A program made the position numbers and the translations under genes. DNA of 64,000 nucleotides from the NCBI GenBank assembly GCA_035221665.1, contig CM069136.1, positions 103,602,001-103,666,000 on the forward strand. Reading direction: 5' to 3'. Below the pieces are notes generated by a model, which saw nothing but the letters and a program-made list of their open reading frames with translations, searched no databases and was not told where the DNA came from. Positions 35,106 to 47,685 of the stretch are shown here, in pieces; positions within the stretch are counted from its first letter, which is position 1; every line of letters begins with the position of its first letter. The stretch comes from Okamejei kenojei. Its lineage: Eukaryota.

Positions 35106-38100
35106 ATAGGTAATAATATATCATAGGTGATAATATATCATAGACTTTAAGATGTCTATGATATATTAGCCCATAATTATTATTTGACAAACCACTGGCT
35201 CTAACATTTAATATTTTTGTAAATTCCAATTTCCTTAGCTAAGAAAAGGCAAGATAAAATTAAAAAATATTTTTTACAGGTTTGTTGATGATATTTCAGC
35301 CTCTGACTTAATCTTAAATGTAAGTCTGACTCATTAATTCATTCAATTTAAAATGTTGATATAATTATCTGTAAATAAAATTAACATTTCTTTTCTGGTT
35401 ATCGTTGGTGAGAATTCGTCAAAATGATTGGCTACCCAGTCACCCTCATGACTTCACTTGTCTTTGAATGCCAATGAACCCCCACTTGAACTGAGTATTA
35501 TAGTTGATGTTGGAGAAGAGGAAGTTCACACTGCCATGATTATTCGTTCTCCGTGGGCAGTTTTTTTCGCCCAGTCAGCGACCAGCGGAGTCAGTTTGCA
35601 ACTGACTTCTTATCATTTATTTTACTTCTTCTGGTGTGGTCTCAAACTAATAACACAGGCAATACAAGAACCAAGAATCAGATTTATCCAAACTTGAGGG
35701 AGTTGGTGAAATGTAGTCAGCACCAAAAGCAATTTTTCAGCTTTGGACTCTTGACAAATTTTGATTTATTTTTCAGAAATAAACTGGAAACAAGGAACTG
35801 AGTCATGCTTTTACATAGCTGTTAATTGAAAGAGCATTTGTTTTCTGTCATCAAGTTTTGGTTCAATTATGGACAATGTACTGTACTTTGCCATTTATTT
35901 TTTGCTAATTAATTCACTTTGGATATCACAGAGGCCTCAAACAAAGGTCCTAAGTAAAATGACAGCAAACATTTGCAATCTATTTCCTGCTAGATATACA
36001 TCCACAATAACACACTTCTGCGCATGATGCACCATTGATTGAAGTGGACAATTTCTGTCAGTGAAGAATTAATGATCGCCAGTGCGAGGAATGAAAATCT
36101 AACACCAGTGCAGTGTGGATAGTTTCGTGAGGCTGGGGACTTGGGCAATGGTTGATGTGTTATGTCTGTGCTATTAGTATTTCATGTTGGTTGAAGAAGT
36201 GAAAATTACAAATGATTCAATTCTTGATGCAGTCATCTCTCACTTTAAGAATCATAACACCTCTCTGGAGTATCATATTATCTTGAGAGGGGGAAGGGAA
36301 ATCAGAAGAGTCTTTTTAGTATAGGATAATTTGGCCATTAACAGAATGCTGATGCTAGTTTAAAATTAACCACAGAAGGAGGTGACTTTCTATACCAGAG
36401 TATTAACACAATGGATGGTTTGTCCTGCCAAACTTAATTTACCGCTGAATGGAGGTCATACTTACTTGAGGTGAACTCTGCTCTCCGAGGTGTTTGGTCT
36501 AGTGCTCTTTGTAATTTTTTTAAGGTGAAAAAGCAATTTATTTTAGCCGTGTTCACTTTTTTTTGTTTGCAAATAATGGAATTACTGGAAAAGTAGATTT
36601 CTCAGAATATCCGTTTCTCAGCTCTATTCATTATTTTCTACTCGCTGGTGGAAATATCGTCCATTGTCTATCTATATTTGTGTTAAGTTAGATTTCAGTT
36701 GAAATAACAGAAGAGCGATGCGTATAGATAATGTGGTGTGTCAGAAATGCTTGTGTGATGACAGACATCCCACTGTGTTGTCACAGCAGGAAAACATCAG
36801 TTAAAGTAACAGATATGGTCCTTCTATAAAGTGTGGTCAGTAGTATGGTCAGGGTTTCACAAGATTATTAATCACCCCGGGTCACTGTTTTCCCACCAGT
36901 AGGACTGGGCTGTTGTTTTATTGTTGTAATTTAATAAGTGAAGCAAGCAAAGGCCAAAATGAGTCTATTGCCCTGACCTTTGATTGGTTTTCTTTGAAAG
37001 TAAAGTGTACAGTTACCTTTCCTCTGATGTGTCGGTTTGTATGCAAAAGGAACACTTTGATCCCCTGTTGCCCTCTGTGACACTAAAAAGAAAGTGAGAC
37101 TCTATAACATTTCCATTTGCAGCATGAAGTGAATTGCTTGGGAAGGTGATAGACCTTATTGTACAACCCTGCTTGAGAAACTACATTCCCAGCCAAAACA
37201 AAAAAACAGTCCCACTGGAACAACAAGGGTAAATTAAAAATAGCATCAAGCAAGCATGAACAGGAATTTATGCACTGATGTAATGGCATTGGGAGATTTT
37301 ACAATGGTAATGTTTTTGAAAATTGTTAGCCTGCTTTTAAAATATGCATGACTTCGTTTTAAGAGCTCTATTACCTAATGTTTGGCCTGTTACGATAATT
37401 ATAAAAGATTTTGTGGGATATGTTGCGACTGGTAGGAAAGCAAAGAAAACAAAAGTAAATAGAGCATTCAGTGATTTTTAAATGAACTGAGCAGCCCAAG
37501 TGTTTATTTTCCAAATGTAAGCTCAGTTGCTACTTCAGCACATGGTTTTGCTTTGTGCATGGAAAAATTGTGACAGAATCCTGCAGCAGTACTTACTTAC
37601 TATTCCCAGGGTAGCACAGGTTTAAAAATAATTTTGGTCAACAGCACAGTTCTTCACTGAAAATGTATTTGTCCAAATAAAAAAACCCCATAAACCCTGG
37701 ACTCCAGTCTGAATCACTTAGACTGACAGAAAAGACAGGTTCTATTGACTTAACTCTGCGAAGCTGTGGGGAAAGTTAGGCGTGTGTGAAATGTTGTTTG
37801 ATTAGAAGTTTCCCCAGCTCGGTGTATTAAAGATTTCAAATGTTATCTGTTCAACTTTGATGGTTAGTGGGTTGTGTTAGGAGTCAAACTGACCCCTGGA
37901 GATAAACTGTCAGATGTTAGGGTGATTTATTAAATTCTGATTTGTGAGAAGAGATTTTAATGTTGAGAGAATGAAAATACATTGCAGGTGGCTGACAGCT
38001 CCAGGCAAAATTTGTGCTAAATTGCATACACCAAAGGCAAGTGAGTCAAAAAGAAAAGAAAAAATCCCTGTAGGATTTCAGTACTTTGTTGTGGATGGAA

Positions 38101-38359
38101 GTGAAAAATGCTTCTTGTATAAGTTGCTGCCTTTTTTTGATGTGATTTTTATAAGAATAACATTCTGTCTATTTATTTGGAGGCTTTTAAATAAGCAAAG
38201 GCTTATTAATAGTCCAGTGTTGTTAGTTGTAAAAATGTTTTAAAGTTATTACATATTTTCCTGGGTGGTCTCATGGCTGCTCTGTAAATCACTTGAGGCT
38301 TTTAAGGGTTACTGTAACTTAACTGGGTCTCACTGACCGAGGTTTGCAAAATTCAACTG

Positions 38360-38376
38360 GGCCACTAGATGGAGCA
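38360..38376 (+). promoter_or_regulatory. Candidate CTCF site
   Basis: ggccactagatggagca closely matches CCASYAGRKGGCRS (one core mismatch). It lies in unique sequence. Confidence 0.4.
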
Positions 38377-38844
38377 TCAAAAGGCAGAGGACACCACAGA
38401 ATGGGCTCAGACACAACTCATGGTGGTAGGCCACAGGTCGAATTGCCCCTTACCGTGCTACCTGATGAACATTGACGCAAGCTGGAGCACACCAATTAGA
38501 TTTTCATTCCTAATGGGGGATAGAAAAGATACGTTCATCAAAAATTTGCAGATATATTGATTGATCCTTTGTGAAAATACAGGTTTTCTCCACTGTTCAT
38601 TGGAGCAGCTCATTATGATGTCCAATTTGCTGTGTTGCATGGCAGTTGATGTTGATAAGACAAGGTCATTTTAAGGGGTATTGAATTTGTGAATAAAACA
38701 ACATGGAAACACTGTCCACAAGTATTTTATAACTATGGAAGTCAGTGGGACACCTATTTTTAGTGAAGTAAACAGCATTGTTTATCTAATTATTACCATT
38801 GCTTACTATCAAAGTCTCTCCTCATATGTTTAAAGACAGGACAA

Positions 38845-39190
38845 TGTGGGTGACATAGTCACACAGTGCCAGAGATCAAGGTTCAACCCTGACCATGGGT
38901 ACAATCTGTGTGGAGTTTGCACGCTCTCTCTGGGACAATATGGGTTTCATCAGGGTGTACCAGCTTCCTCCCCCATCTCAATGACATGCGGGTTGGTAGG
39001 TTAATTGGCCTCTGTGAACCTCCTCTCATTTGCAGGTGAGTGGTAGAATCTGGGGCAATTGATGAGAATGTGGGAAGAAAAAAACACACAAGATTAATGT
39101 AACATTGGTATAAAGGATGGTCCAAGCCTGGACTTGGTGAACCCGTGTCTCTTCTGCATCTCCCCATGATCCCTAACACATTAATCTAAA
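38845..39190 (+). mobile_element. V-SINE (HE1-like), degenerate
   Basis: ggttcaaccctgaccatgggt...tgtgtggagtttgcacg...ggtaggttaattggcc. Confidence 0.75.
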
Positions 39191-39498
39191 CACCAAAGGA
39201 AAATTAGTCAACTAGGAGTACAAGAGAGGGTCTTACTAAAAATATATACTATACTTTCCAATGCCAAATATTGGACACCATTTTGCCCAAAATCTCCCAC
39301 TGATAGGTAACAATAAAATAAATTTGATTGTATATGTGCAAAGTAGCTTTAAAGTACAAATTAAAAAAATAAGGTAACTGGTAAAATGGGTCCCCTTTCT
39401 GGCATTAAAGTCTACATTTACATGTCTAATCTTCACTCATAATAATGAAGAAGGAGGTCATTTGGTCCAAGACTTGCTCTCAAGGGAGCAATTCCTGA

Positions 39499-39628
39499 AT
39501 CTGAACAAGGTTCCCCATCTGAAACATCACCTATCCATGTTCTCCAGGGATGCTGCCTGACTCGCTGTGTTACTCCAACACTTTGTGTCTTTTTGTGTAA
39601 ACCAGCATCTGCCGTTCCTTGTTTCTAC
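39499..39628 (+). mobile_element. Penelope-like terminal fragment
   Basis: tctgaacaagg...gaaacatcacc...gatgctgcctgactcgctgtgttactcca...aaaccagcatctgc. Confidence 0.65.
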
Positions 39629-39689
39629 AACCCCTGATTCTTATTCACCCTCTCATTATTTGTTTGCAGTTTATCTCACACAAGCCCAT

Positions 39690-39890
39690 CAACTACCCTT
39701 CACTAAGGGGTACGTTTCAGTATCCAATTAACCTACCCAAGGTCTTGGGTTGTAGGAGGAAACTGGAGTACCAGAAGGAAGCCCATGGAGAGATTGTGCG
39801 AGCACGGCACAGACTGTACCCAAAATCAGTACAGATCCAGGACCCCTGGAGCTAAGAGGCAACAGCACTAAATTGCTGAACTACTATATT
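39690..39890 (-). mobile_element. V-SINE fragment
   Basis: ccaattaacctacc...ggaggaaactggagtaccagaaggaagcccatg is the V-domain in reverse. Confidence 0.6.
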
Positions 39891-40079
39891 GCCCAATGTA
39901 ACCCAGATATAATCAGAATTTTACATTATTTTATGAACAATGTACTAGTGCAATTCCTGTAGCCACTATTTTTATTTTGTTTTGTTAAAGGGTTAGCAAT
40001 GCAGAGAAATTATTTAAGGAGGTGTGACAGAACTTATTTCCAGACCTTGTTAGCTGTCTGTGGAGCATCCACCTATTCA

Positions 40080-40815
40080 AGGCTGGCTGAGCATAGACTG
40101 AGCGATCGTTTTGTCAAACACATGCTCTGTCTGCCAAGGCCCGATGGATCTCCCCGTTGATAAACCATTTTAACTCCTCTTCCCATTCTCAGACCAACCT
40201 TTTGTGCCTTGGCCTCCTCCATTAACAGAATGAGTTTGCATGCAAACTGAAGGATCAGCACCTCATATTGCATTTAGCTTACAACCCAACAATGAAATTT
40301 GAATTTTGGAATTTCAAGTAATGACCCCTGCCTTCCACCCCAGTGGGCAACCATTTCTCCCACCATCTCCCAACCCACCACGGTCACACTACTCATTGCT
40401 CCTCTTTCGTAGACTCATCGCCTATTCCCGTGACCCCATCTCCCTTTTTAATCTCCCTCTTTCCCCTCCCCTTTCAGCCCACTTCCCTCCGTCCAGTTTT
40501 ACATGTCACATCTCCTCATCTCTCCTTTTGGTTCTCTTTCCTCTCTAGCTTTTGTCACTCACGCACTCATCTGTCAATTAACCTCCCCCCCCCCCGCACA
40601 CACACAAACGTATGCACCTATCACTTGCCTGGCTGTGTCCCCACCTTTCTTTTCCTCTTTTCCAGTCTTCTCTCCTCTGCTATTATCAGTGTTAAGAAGG
40701 GTCCTGGCCCGAAACAAAATCTGTCCATTCCCTTCACAGATTCTGGCTGACCCCCACTGAGCTCCCCCAGTACTTAGTATTTTGCATTGATTTACAGCAT
40801 CTGCAGTTTCTCCGT
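40080..40815 (+). mobile_element. Penelope-like element 3' part with a GIY-YIG endonuclease remnant and terminus
   Basis: Frameshifted RLSDRFVKH...DLPV.NHFNSSSHSQT...GLLH...KLKDQHLI...LQPN resembles the PLE endonuclease C-terminus. A pyrimidine tract follows, then aagaagggtcctggcccgaaac...cagcatctgcagtt. Confidence 0.75.
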
Positions 40816-41064
40816 GACTTTTGATCAGGTGAACAAATACAAGCCAATTCTACATAGTTTTTGCAATCATACGGGCATCATGAGATGAGATGGATTGATG
40901 TAACGGTTGTATTGATGCAGATGAGGTAGCAAACAAAGTAGGTATTGTGCAACAGATTGGCAGTCCATAAATTTCCCTGGGAGGAGTTTGTGACGGGATC
41001 CATAGCCATATAATTATGGAGAATTGCCTTAATGAGACTATTCAAGAGGCAGAAAGGATGCTTA

Positions 41065-41856
41065 AGGACCTGTCCCTCTTGGGCGACCTAATCCGCGAGT
41101 CCAGAAGAGTGCCTTCGACCTTCAAGCTCGAAGGCACTCTCCTGGAAAGCCTCGAGCTGGATCGACCGGCCGCGTTGAAACCGCGAGCTGCATCGACCGA
41201 ACCGTGAGCTGCATCTACCGACCGCATACACACAAACACATCATGAAGTTTGGACCAGGGAAAGTGGAAGAGCGCTGCCTGCGCGATGAAGAAGAAGGTA
41301 AGTCCTTTAGAGAGCGCGGAGAGGGGTGGGTGGGGTGGGGGGGGGGGGGGGGGGGGGGGGGATGGGGAGAAGGGGAGAGAGAAGGGGGAGAGAAGGAGAG
41401 AGAGCGGGAGAGAAGGGAGGAGAAGTGGGGAGAAGGGGGGAGAAAGAGTGGAGACACTTTTAAGAAGTTTAATAAAGTTTAGCGGGCATTTTACCTACCG
41501 GTAGGTCTTCCTTGGACTTGAACTCACCAATGAGCCAATCAAAATGCCCGGTCAGCGAAGGAGATTGCCTACGGCTGCCCTCGACTGCCTGTAACTAAAT
41601 AGCAACCCCACTGCACTACGAGTTAAAAAGACCCATGCTGACCAAATTTTACTTGCGGAAAATTTTTCAATATGCTGAAAATTTTCCGCGACCTAGCTGA
41701 GGCCGCGAGTATTCGGGAACTTCCCTCGAGCATGAAGGAGAGTTCCAGCGACCTCACAGGACCTCCTAGGACCTTGTGTCGACCATGCTGCGAGTTTGAA
41801 TCAAGGGCAAACTCGTCTAAACTCACAGACTAGTTTGCCCAAGTGGGACAGGCCCT
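41065..41856. mobile_element. PIF/Harbinger-like non-autonomous DNA transposon, 792 bp
   Basis: TIR aggacctgtccctcttgggc / gcccaagtgggacaggccct (18/20). TTA TSD at 41062-41064 and 41857-41859. Confidence 0.85.
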
Positions 41857-42929
41857 TTACCTGTGAAGTAGCTATTCATTCACAAGAAATCACCAATGAC
41901 CAGTTTTTAAAGCAAAATAATAATTCTCATATCACTGAGGGATTGCAAACTTCTATTTGGCTTACTCATCAATAGCATCACAGTGTCTCAGTACAACGAG
42001 CAAAACCCAAAGTGACAGTCTCTGAGCAAATGAAATGAATTTAGTGCGCCTATCCTTTTAAACTGATTTAAATTGATTTGAATTAGATTTATCCACATTG
42101 AGTTGGACCCAGGGCAGGTAAGGATTTAGATCAATCTGCTCTAAGCTTAAACTCGAAGCCATCTGTTACGAGAAACTTAAATTGATCTTAAAAATGCTGA
42201 TGTGCAGACAAGGCACTGCAGAATATGATTACTGTATAAGGCAATAGACCACTTCTCTCACATACAGATCTGAGCACTGGGCTCTCTGTGTTTTCCCAGC
42301 AAGGCAATCGGAGCAATTGTGAATTCATAAGGAAATTATTGGTGAGCCGTTGCTGAAATCATCAGTTAGCAAAGGAAACACGTCTAACAGGTGCTGCTCT
42401 GGCATTGACATGAAATGTCGTACCATTTTGAGCAAGCATAAAATACATCTCTCATTGTATGTGTGTGTATGCACAAGTTTATATCATCTGCTTTAATGAA
42501 TATTAATGCAGACTAAATGCAAGCGAACCACTTTGAGATTGAACAGATACAAAATGATTGACCAACAGAATGAATAAACGTACATTTGACAATTTTGATT
42601 CAATGTATTCTTAGTTGTTTTTATATGTGGATAAATGTATTTTGACTCAGCCAGGGTGATCCAGGAGAGATCTGATTGAAAAAGCTTGCAAGGCTCCCAT
42701 GAATGACTGCTGATCTGTGTCTCTCTGCCTTCCCCCTTCATTGGCATACTTTGAGGAACGTGCTTCCCGAGTCCTGTTTCTCTGCTCCATGTGGCGTGTT
42801 GCACAGACCCACCGCTCATATTCCAAAGGGATGAGCCTGCAGCCCAATTTGTACTTGTGGCAAAGAGTTGTTTTACCTGCTGTGATTGAATGGAGACCAT
42901 GTGTTGTCAACCCTCAGTACTATTTCAGG

Positions 42930-43238
42930 GTTTAGTTTAGTTTCGAGATACAACGCGGAAACAGGCCCTTTGGCCCACTGAGTCCATGCCGGCCAGCGAT
43001 CCCATACACTAGCGCTATCCTACACGCACAAGGGACAATTTACAATTTTTACTGAAGCCAATTTACCTACATACATGTAAGTCTTTGGTGTGTGGGAGGA
43101 AACCGGAGCACCCAGCGATAACCCAGTTGGTCATGGGGAGAATGTATAAAGTCCATGCAGACAGTACCCATGGTCAGGATCAAACCTGGGTCTCTGGCGC
43201 TGTAAGACAGCAGCTCGACCACTGTGCCAACATGCCAC
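42930..43238 (-). mobile_element. V-SINE (HE1-like), full length
   Basis: (GTTTA)n tail, gtgggaggaaaccggagcacc V-domain, and B box ggatcaaacc in reverse. Confidence 0.85.
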
Positions 43239-43414
43239 CCCAAAGAAAAATGATCCAAATAAAAACCAAAAAGTATTGAACACATATTTTAGCAACTCTG
43301 AACAAAAGTTGTTTGAACATTAAAAAGGTTTCATTTTCCATCCCTTTGAGCACTTTGTTCATCTTTGTAAAAGTGTTGGAGAAACAATAAAGTAATATAC
43401 AGGCAAATGTGAAT

Positions 43415-43650
43415 TAGGGGATGGCCATTCGGTGCCTCAAAGCTACGTTTCATTGAAACCTGACTGTAAACGTAGCTTTGTGTTTCTGTCTCTGTCGTAA
43501 CCTCCCATCCTATGCTTATCAAATGTCTCAGTGCCTTTAAATTTGTTTAAAAAAGATTCTGCTTCCACCACCCTTGGAGGAAAAGTGTTCTAAATATTTT
43601 GCTTCCACCACACTTGGAGGTAAAGAGTTCTAAATATTTACGATACTCAT
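43415..43650 (-). mobile_element. Old CR1 3' fragment containing a 40-bp tandem duplication
   Basis: ggccattcgg...; gcttccaccacccttggaggaaaagtgttctaaatattt is repeated at 43561 and 43601. Confidence 0.55.
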
Positions 43651-43832
43651 AGTTTCCTTATTATCAGATTCGAGCATCTGCTGTCTCCGGTTTCTTCATT
43701 TATTACCTTCCAGCCCCTGTTTCTACCTCCCCCTAGGTCCAGATGAATGCATGAATAAAATAGCTTTAAAAAGGTTTTAAATAACTTTTAGGATAAAATA
43801 ACTAAAAATGCAACTTTTCTATATTGCCGTTA

Positions 43833-44069
43833 AGGGCGTGTCCCACTTTCACAACCGAATTTACGACCTCTGCCGAGATTGTCCTTGACTCATACTCGCA
43901 GCGTGGTTGTCACGAGGTCGTAGGAGGTCGTAGACAGCTCGTAGGAGGTTGTGATGCCAGTCGTAGGTACTCATGGCATCAAGTAGGTCGGGGCGTTTTT
44001 CTAGCATGATGAAAAATGTCCACGAGTAAAAAAGGTCGTGAATTAGGTTGTGAAAGTGGGACAGGCCCC
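43833..44069. mobile_element. PIF/Harbinger-like MITE, 237 bp
   Basis: TIR agggcgtgtcccactttcacaacc / ggttgtgaaagtgggacaggcccc. TTA TSD at 43830-43832 and 44070-44072. Confidence 0.85.
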
Positions 44070-44265
44070 TTACACTATTAACAAGGTGTTCAACATTTTA
44101 CTGAGAATTTAGTTTACTGGATGCCTGTGTTGGTTCAGCATTGGATAATTTTTTTTCTTAACATGAAAAGTTTGAATGGCAGCATGATTCAACAAAGTTA
44201 AAGCAGTACCATATTTTAAAAAGAAAGTCAAATCCCCTCAAAGAGTCAGTCTGAAGAAGGGTCTT

Positions 44266-44345
44266 GACCCAAATGTCACCCATTCCTTCTCTCCAGAGAT
44301 GCTTCTCTCCCGCTGATTTACTCCAGCACTTTGAGTCTATCTCCT
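44266..44345 (+). mobile_element. Penelope-like terminal fragment with a decayed hammerhead motif
   Basis: cagtctgaagaagggtcttgacccaaatgtcacccattcc...tactccagcactttgagtctatct. Confidence 0.7.
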
Positions 44346-46073
44346 CATAGAGAAAGCAGGTGCAGATCAGCTTGTTTCAGATTATGGATCATTGCTCAGA
44401 ACTCTGATGATGATTTATTGACCTCAAACTTTAACTCTCTTTCTCTCTTCATAGGTGCTGCCTGACCTGCTGGGCATTTATCAACATTTCCTGTGTTTAT
44501 TTGCAGAATCTGCTGTACTTTGCTATTTTTTCTTACATGATTAAATAAATGATAGATCAGACTATTCCACTCTCATTTTGCAATCTCCTAAATGCATTCC
44601 TGATGACCAGTATTGATGGATTACATTTAGAAAGTTCAGTGAAGCATCTCCTGTTCCTTTTGATTAAATTGCCGTGCAGACACTTTTGCTGAGTTGAATG
44701 CTTTGTTGAATCTTTTCTATAATGCCAGGTCTCAATTAGATCATCTGTGTAATATACTACAGTTTATTGCTGATCCCTTCATGACTTTGGCAATCAGAAT
44801 GAGAGAATGTCTCAGAAAGTACAAGTTATTTGCTAGGCCTCAGACTTATCCAGTATGTCTCTAATACACGTTTTAATTATTTAAAAAAAATAAAATGGAA
44901 AACCAGGGTTTCAGTCTTATGTGATTGAAAAGTTAATTCAGGTAAAATTGAGCAGCTCTCATAGATTAAAGAAACTCCTCAGAAGACAATGAACAGGTGA
45001 CACCAAGACCTCAGGAAAACTGAGGTTCGTGTTGCTTAGACCGAGTCTGCGGGGTATCCATTAGGATTTATATGGATTGCTATGGCTTCTAGTAATTGGT
45101 GCCAATGTAAGCGTACAATGGACAGATTTGCTAGTTGCTGATATGGCTTTGTCCGGCCTCCTCTCAAAAGATGCCCATCCCATGTCTTATTTGACAGGTG
45201 TTTTGCTGCTTGGCTGACCAGCTGAATTTTTAAGGAGATTCTGAGATGTCACATTGTGAAGGCAAGATAAATAAAAGGAGATTAGGCTAATTAAACTGAC
45301 GTCAGTCAAAAGCCTGTGACAGGAAACCACCTTGGCTTTTGGTCTGTTGGATAGCTTGAAGAATTGTGCTCGGATGCCACAGACATTTCTCCCAGTGGCA
45401 TCTATTATTTTATGATGTTATATGCAGCCAAGACAATTCACTTTGGACACAGTCACCGATCCAGGCACAAATTGCTTTCCGAATTGTGCCAGGTTTCTGA
45501 ATTGAATTTTTGTGCAACTTTCTACTGAAACTTATTTGCAATCTGCCTAAATTGATTTTATTTTCCTAAATCGGCAGAACTTTGCTTTTTGCATTACGAA
45601 TTTCTATATACTTGGGAGAGATGTACAGGTGTACTTTTGTTACTTTAATGGAAATGTAGTTAGCTTTTCTTTTAAATGGCACTTGGGCAGTCCACCACCT
45701 TTGATTAGCCCCTTGTTAAGTAACTGAAAATTGATTAAAAAAAACTATAAAAGAGGCCTTTACGGGTTACATCTTGCACACCATTGAGTTTCTCAGTAAA
45801 TTACAGAAAATTAAAGGATTTGTTGCCATCACCTAACAGCAAACAAGTTTAATTTCAATAATCTTTTCATAGGCCTATAAACAGATGCATTTGGCTGAAA
45901 CTTGTCATGATGATTGTTTTCTACTGTGAGGGCAGGGTGGGAATTAATTGCTTTGAAAAATGACACAATGTGCTGGAGTAACTCATTGGTCAGGCAGTAT
46001 GTTTGTGGAGCATGGATAGTGAATTACTGAGAACATGCCTATGCATTAATACTAGATTCCTTGTATTATGAAT

Positions 46074-47115
46074 ATGTTATATACTAGACCAAGTGGGCCC
46101 CGTCCACCATCACGCGGGGGGGGGGGGGGGGGGGGGGGGTGTTAATGGTGTCACACGGGATGGCTGGTCCTTACCAGCCATCCCGTGTGACAGGCACCCC
46201 CCCCCCCAGAGCCAATCACCCCCATCACCTGTTCCCCCAAATGTAACCCATTCGCCCAACGCAATATTCCACCACTTACCCATAGCCCCCAACTGCGCAG
46301 GCATGGCTCATTTCCCCTCGTCCCCAACACTCCCTCCCCCTCTTCACCCTCCCTCTTCTTGCCCCTCCCTTCCTCCCCTCCTCCCCTCCTTCCCCTCCTC
46401 CCCTCCTCCCCCCCCCCCTCCAGTCCCTCCCTCACCTCTCCCTCCCTCCCCTTTCCCCTGCCCTCAGTCACTCCCTAACCTCAGTCATTCCCTCCCTTAA
46501 GCCAATCATTTCCACATGGGGTGTGGGTGGGGGGGCAAAAACCTCACTATCTCCTTACTCTCCTTGAAGCTGCTGATCCCATTGCCTCTGTCACTTCTCC
46601 CTCCCTCTCCGTTTCCCAACCCTCAGTCACTCTCTCCCTCACCTCTCCCCTTTTGCACTCCCCCATTAAAGACAATGTTTAAATGACATTTATTCTCCTC
46701 CCATCCGCACTCCGTCAACTCTCGTAGCTTGTGTATTGGCAGCAGAGATCACATTGTGATGTCATTTTCGGTTTTCGGAATATTCACGGCAGCTTATGTA
46801 AATGAGATCCCATTGTGATTGGCGGACTGTGAGATGCCATTGTGACATCATCACTGGAAGCTGCTACAAAAGTCTCACTCTCACAGGCAGTTAGGCTTTT
46901 TTTTAATAAACTTTAAATATCAATAACGTGAAATTTAACAAAACATGAAATATAACATCAAATATGAAGAAAATTGATACTAACGACCACGGGAAAAAGT
47001 TGAGTAAGATTCTGCAAAAATGTTCACGCTATTGTGTAACGTTTTGGCATAGTTCCTTGATATCACAGTCAGACAGGCAGACAAACAAGACAAGACTTTT
47101 AATAACATGTAGAAT
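46074..47115 (+). mobile_element. Helentron-associated (HINE/DINE-1-like) non-autonomous element, tentative
   Basis: Starts atgttatatactagacc, has a C/T-rich interior, and ends cgttttggc...cagacaggcagacaaacaagacaagacttttaataacat. Short inverted match atgttat/ataacat. No TSD seen. Confidence 0.4.
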
Positions 47116-47379
47116 ATAATGCTTTGGGCGGGTGCTTAAGGGGAATTTGTTTTCCCCTAAAGATTTCAAATGTTATGGACTCTTGTCTTCATTGATACTC
47201 AAACTCATTCACCTTCATCAGTGAGAGGATTACACAGTAAGGTCCATCCAAATTTTGGTCCAGTGCTAAGAAACCTCAGAGCTGTAGATCAAACTAATTC
47301 AGTTTCTTGCTTTTCCAGTCTAAGAGTGGGAACAGGGCACTCAGTTTATTCACTCTTTAACCCTTCTCAACTATTTATA

Positions 47380-47685
47380 GACATAGATGTGTACAGCACA
47401 GGCTCTTCAGCCCACCTCATCTATTTCAACCATTATGCCTATCTATAGTGCTTGCCTGCATTAACTCAATATCCCACTTTGCCCTGCCCATTTAAGTACC
47501 TTTGCAGATGCCTCTTAAATGCTGTTACTGTACCTGCCTCCACCATCTCTTCTGGCAGATCATTTCAGATACCATCATCTCTTGTGTGAAATATATATCT
47601 CTTCAAATCTTCTAACTCTCCTTAAACTTTGATCTTCTAGTTTTGGACATGCCTACAATGAGATAAAGACACTAGCTATCTCCAG
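47380..47685 (-). mobile_element. Old CR1 3' fragment
   Basis: caggctcttcagccc...ctgcctccacc...ctggcag...cttgtgtgaaa...ccttaaac...ctagttttgga. Confidence 0.6.

Noticed and set aside
41170-41225. Short spaced repeats (gagctgcatcgaccg) as CRISPR-like
   Set aside because: Three degenerate units inside a eukaryotic MITE, with no unique spacers or cas genes.
46093-46500. Pro-rich and Gly-rich ORFs (also 41204-41504)
   Set aside because: Translations of C/T- or G/A-rich low-complexity tracts inside transposons.
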